Below are positions 20,705 to 31,045 of a stretch of 64,000 bases of DNA, one piece after another. Both the position numbers and the translations under genes were made by a program. Positions within the stretch are counted from its first letter, which is position 1. Every line of letters starts with the position of its first letter. A model generated the notes under the pieces. The model saw only the letters and a list, made by a program, of their open reading frames with translations. It made no database searches and was not told the DNA's origin. The DNA lies in the NCBI GenBank assembly GCA_030699385.1, contig JAUYMY010000008.1, forward strand, positions 923 through 64,922, in the 5' to 3' direction. The stretch comes from Methylobacter sp. Lineage in GTDB: Bacteria; Pseudomonadota; Gammaproteobacteria; Methylococcales; Methylomonadaceae.

Positions 20705-22380
20705 TGGATAACAGCAGCCTACCTAAACTCGCATTACGGAAATTTTTCAGCTTGCCGGCCTGTCGCAGCTGGCTGAAAAAAAATTGGCGCCGACTGCGCT
20801 TTTATCCTTCGCTCATGCCCACCGATGTGCTGTTTAGCTATTGGAACCAAAGCGAATGGCCGGATTATCAGGACTGGCTTAACCGCCACTCTATGCGCTC
20901 AATTGAAGCTTGGACGCAGTGTCACCGCGAAGGCTTAGCGTGGAAAACGCCGGTTAAAATCAGTCTGGTGACGCCTGTTTATAATACCCACAGCCCGCTT
21001 CTCTATGAATGTATTTTGTCGGTCAAACTGCAAACCTATCCATATTGGCAACTGGTATTGGTCGACGACGGCTCCAGTAATTCCGATACACTCAAGCTAT
21101 TGGCCTCAGCTTTTTGCCAGGACCCCAGAATAGACGTTATTTATGGGCAAGGTTCGCGGGGGATTTCTGCCGCAACTAATCAGGGTATTGACCACGCCAA
21201 TGGCGACTACGTCATTTTTCTTGATCATGATGACCGCCTGGCGCTGGATGCCTTGCATCATATTGCAGACCAGGTAAAACAAAATCCGGCGCTTGATATT
21301 CTTTATTCCGACCGCGACATGATTTCTCCGCAGAATAAACGCTTCATGCATTTATTTAAACCCGACTGGTCGCCTGAAACCTTATTATCGGGGAATTATC
21401 TATTCCATCTCATGTGCTACCGGCGCAGATTATTAGAGCAATTGGGCGGTTTGCGCAGTGAGTTTGACGGCTCTCAGGATTATGACCTGATTTTGCGTGC
21501 CGCCGAAACCAATCCGGTCGTTAAGCATATCGATAAGGTTCTTTATCATTGGCGGCAACATGAAGCCTCTGTATCCCTAAATGACCACGCCAAAGACTAT
21601 GCTTTTGAAGCCGGCATTGCGGTGCTGAATGCCGCCTTGTTGCGCCGTAACTTGAACGCATCAGCCGTTGAAATCAGTGATCTGTGGCGCGGAATGCACC
21701 GGGTCAAATGGAAGCCCATCGCTGATTGCGACATAAACTACATCACCGTCGATATTAATACGCCGGATAACTACAGCAAAGACGTTTACAGGCAACTTCA
21801 GGACAAGCCTTACATCGCTATTTTAGGCCAAACCGTCACGCCTTTGGCTGATGATGCTCTACAAGCGCTGGCCTCATGGCTGAGCATTGAAGGGGTCGGT
21901 CTGGTCTGCGGCAAATTAATCAACATGCAGGGCGATATTGACTACATCGGCATGAATTATCGGGCTGACGGCTCTTTATGTATTCCCTATCAGGGTTTTC
22001 CTGTCAGTGAAGCCGGCTATATGGCGATAACGCGAATTGTCAGAAACATCAGCGCCCCGCATCCCTATTGCGTAGTCATCGACCAAGAACTTTGGCAACA
22101 GTTGGGCGGTTTTAACCCAGTCTTTCAAGGCCCTCATGCGTTACTGGATTTCGCATTACGCGCCTTGAACTCAGGCTGGCGATGTGTTGTTGATCCTCAG
22201 TATTGTTTTCAAATAGAAGAGGATTGGCTGACCGACTGGCCTGAGGGTGAAAAAGAGCAGTTCGCCTCAATCTGGGAAAACTGGCTTGAAAACGGTGACC
22301 CTTATTTTAATAAAAATCTGGATAATACCAGCAGTGACATGCGCTTAAAAAACCAGCGGCTTTTTTCAGCGAAATATTAA
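20704..22380 (+). CDS. Glycosyltransferase family 2 with a degenerate second GT2 domain
   Basis: VDDGS, FLDHDD, GSQDYDL, LYHWR, DPYFNKNL. Confidence 0.88.
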   Translation: MDNSSLPKLALRKFFSLPACRSWLKKNWRRLRFYPSLMPTDVLFSYWNQSEWPDYQDWLNRHSMRSIEAWTQCHREGLAWKTPVKISLVTPVYNTHSPLLYECILSVKLQTYPYWQLVLVDDGSSNSDTLKLLASAFCQDPRIDVIYGQGSRGISAATNQGIDHANGDYVIFLDHDDRLALDALHHIADQVKQNPALDILYSDRDMISPQNKRFMHLFKPDWSPETLLSGNYLFHLMCYRRRLLEQLGGLRSEFDGSQDYDLILRAAETNPVVKHIDKVLYHWRQHEASVSLNDHAKDYAFEAGIAVLNAALLRRNLNASAVEISDLWRGMHRVKWKPIADCDINYITVDINTPDNYSKDVYRQLQDKPYIAILGQTVTPLADDALQALASWLSIEGVGLVCGKLINMQGDIDYIGMNYRADGSLCIPYQGFPVSEAGYMAITRIVRNISAPHPYCVVIDQELWQQLGGFNPVFQGPHALLDFALRALNSGWRCVVDPQYCFQIEEDWLTDWPEGEKEQFASIWENWLENGDPYFNKNLDNTSSDMRLKNQRLFSAKY

Positions 22381-24308
22381 AGCGGATTAACGCGCGGCGG
22401 CCAGGCGTAAGAAAAATCTTCGTGCTCCAAGGTCAAGTTAGGGCTGTAAGCGGGGTCGGTCAATAAGGTATCGCCCCAGCGCGACAGCATAAAATCAACT
22501 TCAGTCAAAAAGCGCTGCTGTTTAGCCGGCGTATCTTCGAGCCCCCGGGACGCCGATTCGTGATGGTTCATTTCCGCATAAGGCGTCCACACATTGCGGT
22601 AGCCGGCTTCACGCACCCTCAAACAAAAATCAACGTCATTGAAAGCCACGCTCAGCTGTTCATCTAATCCGCCCACTTCTTCAAACACGGCGCGCCGGAT
22701 CAAAAGACAGGCAGCCGTCACTACACTAAATGATTGATGCAACACGGCGCGTGAAAAATAGCCGGTATCGCCTCGATGCAGGTTTTTTTGCGCATGGCCG
22801 CAAACACCGCCTATGCCCAATATGGCGCCGCCGTGCTGCAACCTGCCATCGGGATACCAAAGCCTGGCACCGACACAGCCAACGTCTTTGCGCACGGCGA
22901 AAGAGACCATTTCTTCGAGCCAATCCGGGGTTAATATTTCAATATCGTTATTCATCAGGCAAAACAATTCGCCGTCGGCCAAGTGTGCCGCTTTGTTATT
23001 GAGCGCTGAAAAATTGAACGGTGATTCATCACGCCTTATGCTGAAACGATCCTTTGGCAGACGCTCAAACAGCTGCTGCGTGGCGGCTTCAACGCTGCCG
23101 TTATCTACAATAATGACCTGATAGTTAGTATAAGTCGTGCGCTGAATCAACGAATCCAGACACATACCGAGCAAATCGGCGCGGTCTCTTGTCGGAATGA
23201 TGATAGTAACCAGTGGCTGCGGCGATGGGCAGGCGAAACGCACCCGGTTCAATGCAGGCGCTTCAGGAGCGGGCATAACCTCGGCAGAAAGTCCGCTCCG
23301 TTCAAGATGTTCGGCCACCGCTTTTCGGCCGGACGCTACGGATTTATTTTTATCCTCTGCGGCCAACATTCGGCAGTGATATAAAACACGCGGGATATGG
23401 ATCACTTGTCCTGCCTGCAATGCCTCTATCATACGCAAGGCTAAATCATAGTCTTGACAAGCGTCAAAGCCGATGCGGAAACCGCCTAAATGACGTACCA
23501 GACCCGTCCGATAGGCGGCAAGATGGCCAATACTATTTTGTGCCAACAGCAGTTCATAATTCAGTGCGCATTTAAAATACGGGTCGTGGCGCTGCCCTGA
23601 TTCATCAATTTTATCTTCGTCCGAATAGACCAGCCCTGCATCAGGATGCTGATTGATGGCATCCACCAGACAATACAGTGCCTGTTCTGCCAGTAAATCA
23701 GTCGGGGGAAATGGCGCGATAAATTCACCCTGAGCGAGTTCTAACGCAGAATTGCCGGTGTTCTGTAGTTCACAATAAATGACCTTGATTCGAGGGTCTT
23801 GTTGGCAATGGCGTTCCAGCACTTTATGTACTGCGGACTTGGTTGCTGCGTCAGCAGCAATGCAAAGTTCCCAATTTGGATAGAACTGATCACGAACTGA
23901 CTGAATCGCTGCATCAAGGAATAAAACCAACGGTACACCAACCGGCATCAACACCGAAATAAGGGGATTAGCCTGAAAACGGGCTAGTTGCACGTTGATT
24001 TTTTCTCGGTCGGCCGTTGTCAGTAAATCATAGCGCCGTATCCATTCACTATAATCATTCCGCTCGATTTCAATTGAAACGCTATCCGGGGTAATATTTA
24101 AACTGATGTTTTCACGCTGACGACTATCGACAAAAAGAATGCGGCGCTTTACCCCACTCCAGCCTTCTGTTGAAAAAACACGCCATAATTTTCCCATGCT
24201 TTTAGTTATACCGCCGCCAAAGTCAATAATGCCCGGCATTAATTTGCAAAGGTGGTTGATACTTTTTGCTTTGGAAACTACATAGTTTATCGGTGCAGCA
24301 ATTCTCAT
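22377..24308 (-). CDS. Double-domain glycosyltransferase family 2
   Basis: YSDEDK, QDYDL, VDNGS, NNDIE, FNDVDFCL, DPAYSPNL. Confidence 0.9.
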   Translation of the reverse strand: MRIAAPINYVVSKAKSINHLCKLMPGIIDFGGGITKSMGKLWRVFSTEGWSGVKRRILFVDSRQRENISLNITPDSVSIEIERNDYSEWIRRYDLLTTADREKINVQLARFQANPLISVLMPVGVPLVLFLDAAIQSVRDQFYPNWELCIAADAATKSAVHKVLERHCQQDPRIKVIYCELQNTGNSALELAQGEFIAPFPPTDLLAEQALYCLVDAINQHPDAGLVYSDEDKIDESGQRHDPYFKCALNYELLLAQNSIGHLAAYRTGLVRHLGGFRIGFDACQDYDLALRMIEALQAGQVIHIPRVLYHCRMLAAEDKNKSVASGRKAVAEHLERSGLSAEVMPAPEAPALNRVRFACPSPQPLVTIIIPTRDRADLLGMCLDSLIQRTTYTNYQVIIVDNGSVEAATQQLFERLPKDRFSIRRDESPFNFSALNNKAAHLADGELFCLMNNDIEILTPDWLEEMVSFAVRKDVGCVGARLWYPDGRLQHGGAILGIGGVCGHAQKNLHRGDTGYFSRAVLHQSFSVVTAACLLIRRAVFEEVGGLDEQLSVAFNDVDFCLRVREAGYRNVWTPYAEMNHHESASRGLEDTPAKQQRFLTEVDFMLSRWGDTLLTDPAYSPNLTLEHEDFSYAWPPRVNPL

Positions 24309-24357
24309 TGTGGCAATATCGGGTTAGTTCGACTAGATAAAAAGGTGCTGTTAAAGA

Positions 24358-27300
24358 TCACAAAATTTGCGCCAAGGTTGCCGTTTTATAGCCTTCTTTA
24401 GCGGCCATATAACTAAAAAGGCGTTCGATCGCATGGGCCATGGTGCCGTCGAGCTGGCCCAGTTCCTCATCAAAGTTATCCTCTGTCAAACCTATCCGGG
24501 TAACGAATTTTAGTGCATCGACTCGCGCCCAAAACATAGAACCGGCAATAAAATCAAAATTTAAATCGACCTCATCATAACCGGCCAGGCCCAGGAAAAA
24601 TATTATGTTGTCCTTGTTATTGACGAGATAGTCATCGTTAGCCAGCGATATGATCGAATCATCCGGGGCAATTAAACCAATATCCTTATTTGTTTCAAAA
24701 AAGTGAATCACTTTATCAATAGGTACCGTTCCGAGCAAGGCGTTAAATGACGATTTTCTCAGCTGCTCACCATCTTTTCGATGGATGGATTTCTTGCCGT
24801 GTATTTTTAATACATAGTCATAGCCAAAAGACTCGATAATATTAAAAATACTAAAGAAAGGCAGTATATCCCTGCCTTTGTTAATACCAATATAAAGATA
24901 AACATTATTCAACGATGCGATTAATGTATCGATAACTGCTTTAGGTGTATGAGCCGGCAAGGTAACCAGAAGATCCACGTCTTTCGAATCGTCAATATAA
25001 GCCAAAATATCATCAATAAGGTCGTGATAATAAAGATGCACAACAATGATTGTATTACTTGTTTTTTTAAATCGCGCATTATTATCAGTAATAACCGCTT
25101 CCACGCCTTCACTTTTATAAGTATCCCGTATGACATTAGCCGTGGCATTAAGATAAGAATAGCCATAGCGCCGGTCGGGTTCTAAATAAGTGCCTTCGGC
25201 CCATTCATTCCAGGCATTAATAAAGACTATTTGTTCTTCTTTTTCATTATTGGCTAATACAAAATCAAAAGCCTGCTTTAGCCAGGCTTTATAGTTCTTA
25301 GGACTGCCCCCGACAAACGTAAAGCCTCTTCCCGGTTTTCTTGCTTCGTTATCCCAATTCATCATGACACATGGGAAAACATGCTGTTTGCCGTTAAGGC
25401 CTTTTATCGCCTGAGCACTAAATTCTTGGAAATCATAAACATAACCACTAAAATTTGAATTTAACAAATCTACCGTCGAGGTAATATCAGTGGCCTGTAT
25501 ATTATGCGGCGGAAATTGAACCAAGCCATCATAATCAATACTGGCAAAGTCTTCGAAACCAAAGGTGGCTGCCGAAACAATATGCAAATCGCCAAGGCCT
25601 ATGCCAATGGTATAATCGCGCCATCTTTGTGCGGTTGCGGCAGGATCAGGCAACAATCCGGGCCTGTAAACAATTAATAAGGGTTTGCCATTGACCCTAA
25701 TATAACGTTTGTCTTGTAATGCGGGTACAATATCTTTAATAAAATTAATATCGTCTTCGGGCGAATGTTGTTGTGCCAAAATAATATCGCTATCCCCGCC
25801 ATCCCAGCTGCGCGTCCAATTTTCGTTGGCCCAACACAAACAAAAAGGAAAATCCAAAGAAGTGTCATCCAATACTTGCTGAAAAGGTTTTTCGAGGACT
25901 TTTTTACCGCCAAACCAATAATGATGATAGCAAAAACCATGAATGCCGTATTGTTTGGCTAATTCTATTTGGCGCTGCTGAACTTCTTTCAACCTCAGAT
26001 CATAAAAACCCAGCTCTCCCGGTAATCTCGGTTGGTAATGTCCTGCAAATTGCGGCACCGCTTTACTGACATTAGTCCATTCGGTGAAACCCTGCCCCCA
26101 TTCCTTATTGTTTTCAGCGATCGGATGAAACTGCGGCAAATAAAAGGCAATCACCTTAACCTGCGAACGGGACGGGGCAATCTGTTCGCCAGCCAAAGGC
26201 ACATAATCCTTGCCCAGATTATTGATAGTGGTGTTGAATCGGCTTTGATATTCGGCAAAATATTTACTTTCCACTTTATCACTGTGAGCCTTATACTCAG
26301 ATAATGGCTCAGATAAATTTATATCCTCGAACGATGGGCGAATGAATAAACGACCAATAACAGGAATATGTTGACATATAAAAGTTTTGATAAAGTTGCG
26401 TTGCCGCAAGCTGAAAGGTGTTTTTGTCCAAAGATAATACAGCGGATTTTTCATGGCGTTTTTAATACCAACGATCATTAACTTAGAGCGGCGTATGGGT
26501 TTGCTGATTTTCCAGGACGTACTGTTATAAATCGCGTTAATTTCACTCTCAAGATTGAACACGGATTGTTGCAAAGATGTAATCTCAGTGGCCGATATCG
26601 TTATTTGTTGATCTTTCTGTAGCATAACCTCGGTCAGGGCGTTAATTTCCTGATCTTTTTGGCTAATAATTGCAGCCATTTGCTCATCTTTCTGTGTAAC
26701 GGTGTCGGCTATTTGTTGGTTTTTTTCTGTAACGGTATCAATTATTTGCTGATTTTTCCGTCTATCGAGGTCGGCCAGTTGTTGATCTTTGTAAGTATTG
26801 AGCTCAGCCAATTGTTGATCTTTATAAGTATTAAGCTCAATCAGTTGCTGATCTTTTTGGGCAACAATATCAGCCAGTTGCTGATCTTTCTGTGTAACAA
26901 CATCAGTTAACTGTTGATCTTTCCGGGCAATTATTTCGGCTATCTGCTGGTCTTTCTGTGTGACAACATCAGCTACCTGTTGGTCTTTTCTGATGGTTAT
27001 TTCAGCTACTTGCTGGTCTTTCTGAGTGACGATGTCAGCTATTTGTTGCTCTTTCTGGGTAATGACGTCAGTCAGCAAATTATGGTTGCGTACACAAGTC
27101 ATCATGCTCAACAGTTCTTCAGGCCGCCAGTGTTGACGCCATTTTTCATACAACCTTGTACATATTTGTTGAGAATTCGCAAGATCCGGCCTGACCCCCT
27201 GACCGAATAGGCCGCCAATACGATAGTAAGCGCTGAAATGATTAACAAAAATGAAATCACCGTAAGCAACAACGACCTGCAACCAGAAATCCCAATCCTC

Positions 27301-27924
27301 ATATAAATCAAACGACTCGTCCATGCGCACGCCTTGATCGACGACGATTCGTGAAAATAACACCGCATGGATTGGAATATAGTTTTCCGCCAGTAAGCGC
27401 ACACGGTCGAATGCCTGGCAAAAATCATTGTCGATAGTCTCTTTTTGTTCATTAACCCCGGTGACGCAGCTATAAGCCGCTTTTTTGTCCGGTTCGCGCA
27501 GCAACGCTTCCATCAACGTGGCTATGTGTTCAGGCATGAAGCCATCATCATCGTCGAGAAATATCAGGTAGTCGCCACGCGCATCAGCCAAGCCGATATT
27601 GCCGGCACGACTTCTGCGCAATTGCTCGCCTGTTCCCACTACCCGCAGCGGAAATTTTCCGCACCACTCGCCTTGTTCGGAATGAACCTCGCCTTTTGCA
27701 TTGACTACAAGCACTTCGATATGGGCATAGGTTTGTTGCGCAACCGAATCCAGCGCTTCCGATAATGTCGGCCTATCCATACTGCGGATAATGACCGAGA
27801 CCAGCGGCACCGGTATGGGCGATTGCACCTCAACGGCTTCATGATCAGCATGATGGGCTATGGAATCTTCAGGCAAAGGCGCAGCGTCAACAGGAAAGGT
27901 GGAGGATTGATTGGTAAGCGTCAT
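24358..27924 (-). CDS. Multidomain glycosyltransferase: GT2, 11-aa-repeat coiled coil, WbsX (GH99-like) domain, RgpF domain
   Basis: FLDDDD and EDWDFW (GT2); KDQQ repeats; AFYLPQFH..WGQGFTEWTNV..NAWNEWAEG (WbsX); NKGRDILPF..KIHGKKS..AGSMFW..HAIER (RgpF). Confidence 0.88.
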   Translation of the reverse strand: MTLTNQSSTFPVDAAPLPEDSIAHHADHEAVEVQSPIPVPLVSVIIRSMDRPTLSEALDSVAQQTYAHIEVLVVNAKGEVHSEQGEWCGKFPLRVVGTGEQLRRSRAGNIGLADARGDYLIFLDDDDGFMPEHIATLMEALLREPDKKAAYSCVTGVNEQKETIDNDFCQAFDRVRLLAENYIPIHAVLFSRIVVDQGVRMDESFDLYEDWDFWLQVVVAYGDFIFVNHFSAYYRIGGLFGQGVRPDLANSQQICTRLYEKWRQHWRPEELLSMMTCVRNHNLLTDVITQKEQQIADIVTQKDQQVAEITIRKDQQVADVVTQKDQQIAEIIARKDQQLTDVVTQKDQQLADIVAQKDQQLIELNTYKDQQLAELNTYKDQQLADLDRRKNQQIIDTVTEKNQQIADTVTQKDEQMAAIISQKDQEINALTEVMLQKDQQITISATEITSLQQSVFNLESEINAIYNSTSWKISKPIRRSKLMIVGIKNAMKNPLYYLWTKTPFSLRQRNFIKTFICQHIPVIGRLFIRPSFEDINLSEPLSEYKAHSDKVESKYFAEYQSRFNTTINNLGKDYVPLAGEQIAPSRSQVKVIAFYLPQFHPIAENNKEWGQGFTEWTNVSKAVPQFAGHYQPRLPGELGFYDLRLKEVQQRQIELAKQYGIHGFCYHHYWFGGKKVLEKPFQQVLDDTSLDFPFCLCWANENWTRSWDGGDSDIILAQQHSPEDDINFIKDIVPALQDKRYIRVNGKPLLIVYRPGLLPDPAATAQRWRDYTIGIGLGDLHIVSAATFGFEDFASIDYDGLVQFPPHNIQATDITSTVDLLNSNFSGYVYDFQEFSAQAIKGLNGKQHVFPCVMMNWDNEARKPGRGFTFVGGSPKNYKAWLKQAFDFVLANNEKEEQIVFINAWNEWAEGTYLEPDRRYGYSYLNATANVIRDTYKSEGVEAVITDNNARFKKTSNTIIVVHLYYHDLIDDILAYIDDSKDVDLLVTLPAHTPKAVIDTLIASLNNVYLYIGINKGRDILPFFSIFNIIESFGYDYVLKIHGKKSIHRKDGEQLRKSSFNALLGTVPIDKVIHFFETNKDIGLIAPDDSIISLANDDYLVNNKDNIIFFLGLAGYDEVDLNFDFIAGSMFWARVDALKFVTRIGLTEDNFDEELGQLDGTMAHAIERLFSYMAAKEGYKTATLAQIL
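26632..27060 (-). repeat. Coding tandem repeat, 13 degenerate units of 33 bp (TQKDQQ(I/L/V)xxxx)
   Basis: 13 contiguous 11-aa units in translation plus one offset unit; tgatcttt/tggtcttt periodicity visible in the DNA. Confidence 0.9.
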
Positions 27925-28018
27925 AGTACAAATGTTAGCGAAATAAAAGCAGACTGGACTGATAGGAATAGCGTTATCGTCCGTGAGGACAATATTTTTG
28001 ATTAATCGTAAGCATCCG

Positions 28019-28807
28019 CTATTTTAACAGTGTTTCAACGTAAATTCTCAGCGATAGCATTTTTTCAGCCATGCTGCCCCCGCATTCCTTGTGTTCAGCT
28101 TCGACAAAGGCCTCGGCAAATTTAGCCTGCCCATTTGCCGCAAGATAAAGCCCCCGATAAGCGGCCAAACCCAGGCTGGCGGACAGATAATCGCAATGCG
28201 CCAACGGTAATTGATAAGCGCTAATAGCCTGTCGTTTAAGCTCAATCACCGCACTGATGTCAAGCACATGAGTGGCGGGGAATGGACTCCATATCTCATA
28301 GAAAAACAGTCGTTTAGCCGTTTTGTGCCGCTGCCAAAGCGCAATCAGGGCTTGGCCTATGGCAACGTGATCGCGGTGATAATCGAGCACAGACGGCAAT
28401 AACAACCAGTCAGCTTGAAATTGCTGCATGATGTCAAGCGCTTGCTGTTCAAACAGGGGATGATTGCTAAAACTGCCATCCGGCTCTGCCAGAAACAGCC
28501 AATCTTCTACACCTAAGATGGTCAGTGCGGCGATGGCTTCTTGCTGGCGAATCGCAATTGAACCTTCCGGCAAACCACCGGCACCGCCGCCATCGGTGAC
28601 AAAAACGACTTTGACGGTACAGCCATTGTTTCGCAGCAGCGCCAGTGTGCCGCCGCAACCCAGGGTTTCATCATCGGGATGCGGGGCAAAAACCAGCACC
28701 CTGCCGGCCTTAAGCGGCGCTAAAGGTTTAGGCAAAGGGCACAAACTCAACTGGGCAATTTTGCTTTGCCGGCGCTTATTGATTAATTGCTTGATAAATT
28801 TTTTCAT
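28019..28807 (-). CDS. PIG-L/LmbE family N-deacetylase
   Basis: APHPDDETLGCGG, RQQEA, HRDH. Confidence 0.9.
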   Translation of the reverse strand: MKKFIKQLINKRRQSKIAQLSLCPLPKPLAPLKAGRVLVFAPHPDDETLGCGGTLALLRNNGCTVKVVFVTDGGGAGGLPEGSIAIRQQEAIAALTILGVEDWLFLAEPDGSFSNHPLFEQQALDIMQQFQADWLLLPSVLDYHRDHVAIGQALIALWQRHKTAKRLFFYEIWSPFPATHVLDISAVIELKRQAISAYQLPLAHCDYLSASLGLAAYRGLYLAANGQAKFAEAFVEAEHKECGGSMAEKMLSLRIYVETLLK

Positions 28808-29954
28808 ACTGGTCGGCAATAGTTTTTTGGTCAGGCCACGATTGGGCTCTTTGCAAGCCGCGTTCGGCTAGGTTTTGCCTAGCGTCGTTGTCGGTCATCA
28901 AATGCCGGAGCGCAGTGCTAATGGCATCAACATTAGAGTCGACCAGCAGGCCGCCGCCATCAACAATTTCCGGCACCGCCCCGACCGCCGTACACAAGGC
29001 CGCAACCCCGGCGGTCATGGCTTCCAGATTGGCAAGGCCGAATGATTCCGAGGCCGACGTGCTGACATATAAATCCGCAGCGCTTAAATACAAACCGATG
29101 TCATCGGTGCAGGCAAATTGAATGCCCCGCTGTAGATTCAGTTGCTTAGCTAATGTTTGTAGCGCTTGCTGATCGCCTTCTCCCAAAATAACTAATTGCA
29201 GCGCCTCACCGTTAGCAACTTTAGCGCAAGCTTCAATCAGCAGCGGAAATTGTTTGACCGGAGCAATGCGGCCAACGCTAAGCAGATAAAAAACGCCGTC
29301 AGTCCAGTTCAGCAGTCGACGCGCTTCCTGTTTGTTATAGCGATTAACGGTGGGGCGGGCATGGTAAATAACCTGCCAGTTATCCGGTGCCTTGGCGTAA
29401 CCCAGTTCCTGAGCCAATTGCCCGGCAGCACTATGACTGGGTATCACCACCCAATTCGCCCGCGCCAGAGTACGCGCCTCCCAGCGACACAATAATACTA
29501 AAGCGCGCGGCCCCAAACGCACGCCGTCAGCATGGATAGCCTGGGTATAACTGCCGAAACCGTGTTCGGTCAAGCCCCAGCGCGCTTTAGGCGAAAATGA
29601 AAGGCACGAAAAAAATCGGTAAGCGGCGGCGATGATTGGGTCATGGCAATGGATATGCGTATAGCCTTGCCGGGCGCACATTTTAGCGGCCAGTCTGCCC
29701 ATGTTAAAACGCTCCAGCAAAACCCAGCTCAGCACAGCAAAATCAGTCTGTCCGCTGAACCGGCCAAATAAGCGCTGCGCCAAGCGTTGTAACTTGCCTT
29801 GCCATAAAACTGCGCGCGCCGTTAAATCGGTCTGGCAAATAAGCTCCGCATCAATGCCCCGATGCTTGAACTCGGCCAACAGCGGCGCCAGACTTCGACC
29901 CAAACCATAGCGCTTATCCGCTTGGGTTTCGCGGGTAACCATCAGAATCCGCAT
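28776..29954 (-). CDS. Glycosyltransferase family 4
   Basis: VGRIAPVKQ and ESFGLANLEAM (EX7E) motifs. Confidence 0.9.
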   Translation of the reverse strand: MRILMVTRETQADKRYGLGRSLAPLLAEFKHRGIDAELICQTDLTARAVLWQGKLQRLAQRLFGRFSGQTDFAVLSWVLLERFNMGRLAAKMCARQGYTHIHCHDPIIAAAYRFFSCLSFSPKARWGLTEHGFGSYTQAIHADGVRLGPRALVLLCRWEARTLARANWVVIPSHSAAGQLAQELGYAKAPDNWQVIYHARPTVNRYNKQEARRLLNWTDGVFYLLSVGRIAPVKQFPLLIEACAKVANGEALQLVILGEGDQQALQTLAKQLNLQRGIQFACTDDIGLYLSAADLYVSTSASESFGLANLEAMTAGVAALCTAVGAVPEIVDGGGLLVDSNVDAISTALRHLMTDNDARQNLAERGLQRAQSWPDQKTIADQYEKIYQAINQ

Positions 29955-30004
29955 GAGTTAATAATCCTCTAAGGTGATTTTCTAAAAGAAACATACCAAT
30001 AATT

Positions 30005-30062
30005 GTCCACGAAAGGCACGAAAAAACACGAAAGTTTGGTGTCTTGCGTGATTTTTGTGGAC
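30005..30062. repeat. Palindromic repeat with ~9-nt 'cacgaa' periodicity
   Basis: gtccacgaaaggcacgaaaaaacacgaa...cgtgatttttgtggac. Confidence 0.6.
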
Positions 30063-30073
30063 GACCGCTGTAT

Positions 30074-31045
30074 TCAGCGAAAATCGGTATCGCCACCCAT
30101 TAACCACCAGCGGTCAAGCAATTCGTTCGCAGAAAGCCCCGGCGTCCAGTTATTATGCGGAATGATGATGTCAGTCGAGCTGATCTGTCCGCTGTCGCCC
30201 GCCAATAACGTGGCGTTTTGCGCAGTAATCCACGCATAAGCCAACGGTTTTTTCAGGCTCCAGGTTAATCGCCGGACGCAATGTACCAAGGTAGCTAGGC
30301 GCTGCGGCGGGGCGATAATATCCAGCAATTCCACGGCCTCATCTAAAACCCGGATCACCACGACACCGATGGGCGTTCCGCCGAGGCGGGACGACACCAA
30401 ATAAAGCTGGTAAGCCACCGTAGGATGTTGCACATAACGCCGTTGCAGGTAAGGCCAGTCGCGCACACCGACAACTTGCTCAGTTAAGGCCGCCGCCATT
30501 TCACGCCATAAGCGGTCAACTATTGACCTGTTATCATCACCCAAGGGGCGCATACGCACTGTGTAACTCGGACGCGCGGGTAATGCGGGCCAAGACACAC
30601 TCAGTAATTCACCAACTTTTTCGTAAAGCCCCAAATGCGCGGCAAGGCGGTAGGTCCTTTCGGCTGGAAAGCCGAAGGCTATGGGATAAGTTTTCCCCTC
30701 GCCGATAAAGCGTTCGAGAAAACTCGCCGCCACCTGAAAAAAAGGGCCTTTGCGGGTCAACGTTGCCCGCGCCTCAGGGCGAACCATGACGTCGCCGATT
30801 TGCACGGCCATGACCGGGGTGCCAAACAAATGAACCGCGCGCGGCATTGCGCCATAGAAAGCCGCAAGCCCGCCTTGATGACGTAACACTGCGCCTAGCG
30901 TATCGAGTCCTTGATATTTCCAGCGCCAGAGTTCGGCGGGCATCCGATAACCGAACGCCGCGCTGAACAAATCCAGTAATTCAGTTTCACTAGCCTGATC
31001 CGCTAGCTCAACGACTATTGGCTCAGGTGTTTTTTTTTGAAGCAC
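30074..31045 (-). CDS. GNAT-family acyltransferase
   Basis: WRWKY, QIGDVMVRPEAR, FGFP, ending GDTD. Confidence 0.75.
   Translation of the reverse strand: MLQKKTPEPIVVELADQASETELLDLFSAAFGYRMPAELWRWKYQGLDTLGAVLRHQGGLAAFYGAMPRAVHLFGTPVMAVQIGDVMVRPEARATLTRKGPFFQVAASFLERFIGEGKTYPIAFGFPAERTYRLAAHLGLYEKVGELLSVSWPALPARPSYTVRMRPLGDDNRSIVDRLWREMAAALTEQVVGVRDWPYLQRRYVQHPTVAYQLYLVSSRLGGTPIGVVVIRVLDEAVELLDIIAPPQRLATLVHCVRRLTWSLKKPLAYAWITAQNATLLAGDSGQISSTDIIIPHNNWTPGLSANELLDRWWLMGGDTDFR

Noticed and set aside
26632-27060. 33-bp periodic repeats as a CRISPR array
   Set aside because: Units are contiguous, degenerate and in-frame within a CDS; no unique spacers and no cas genes
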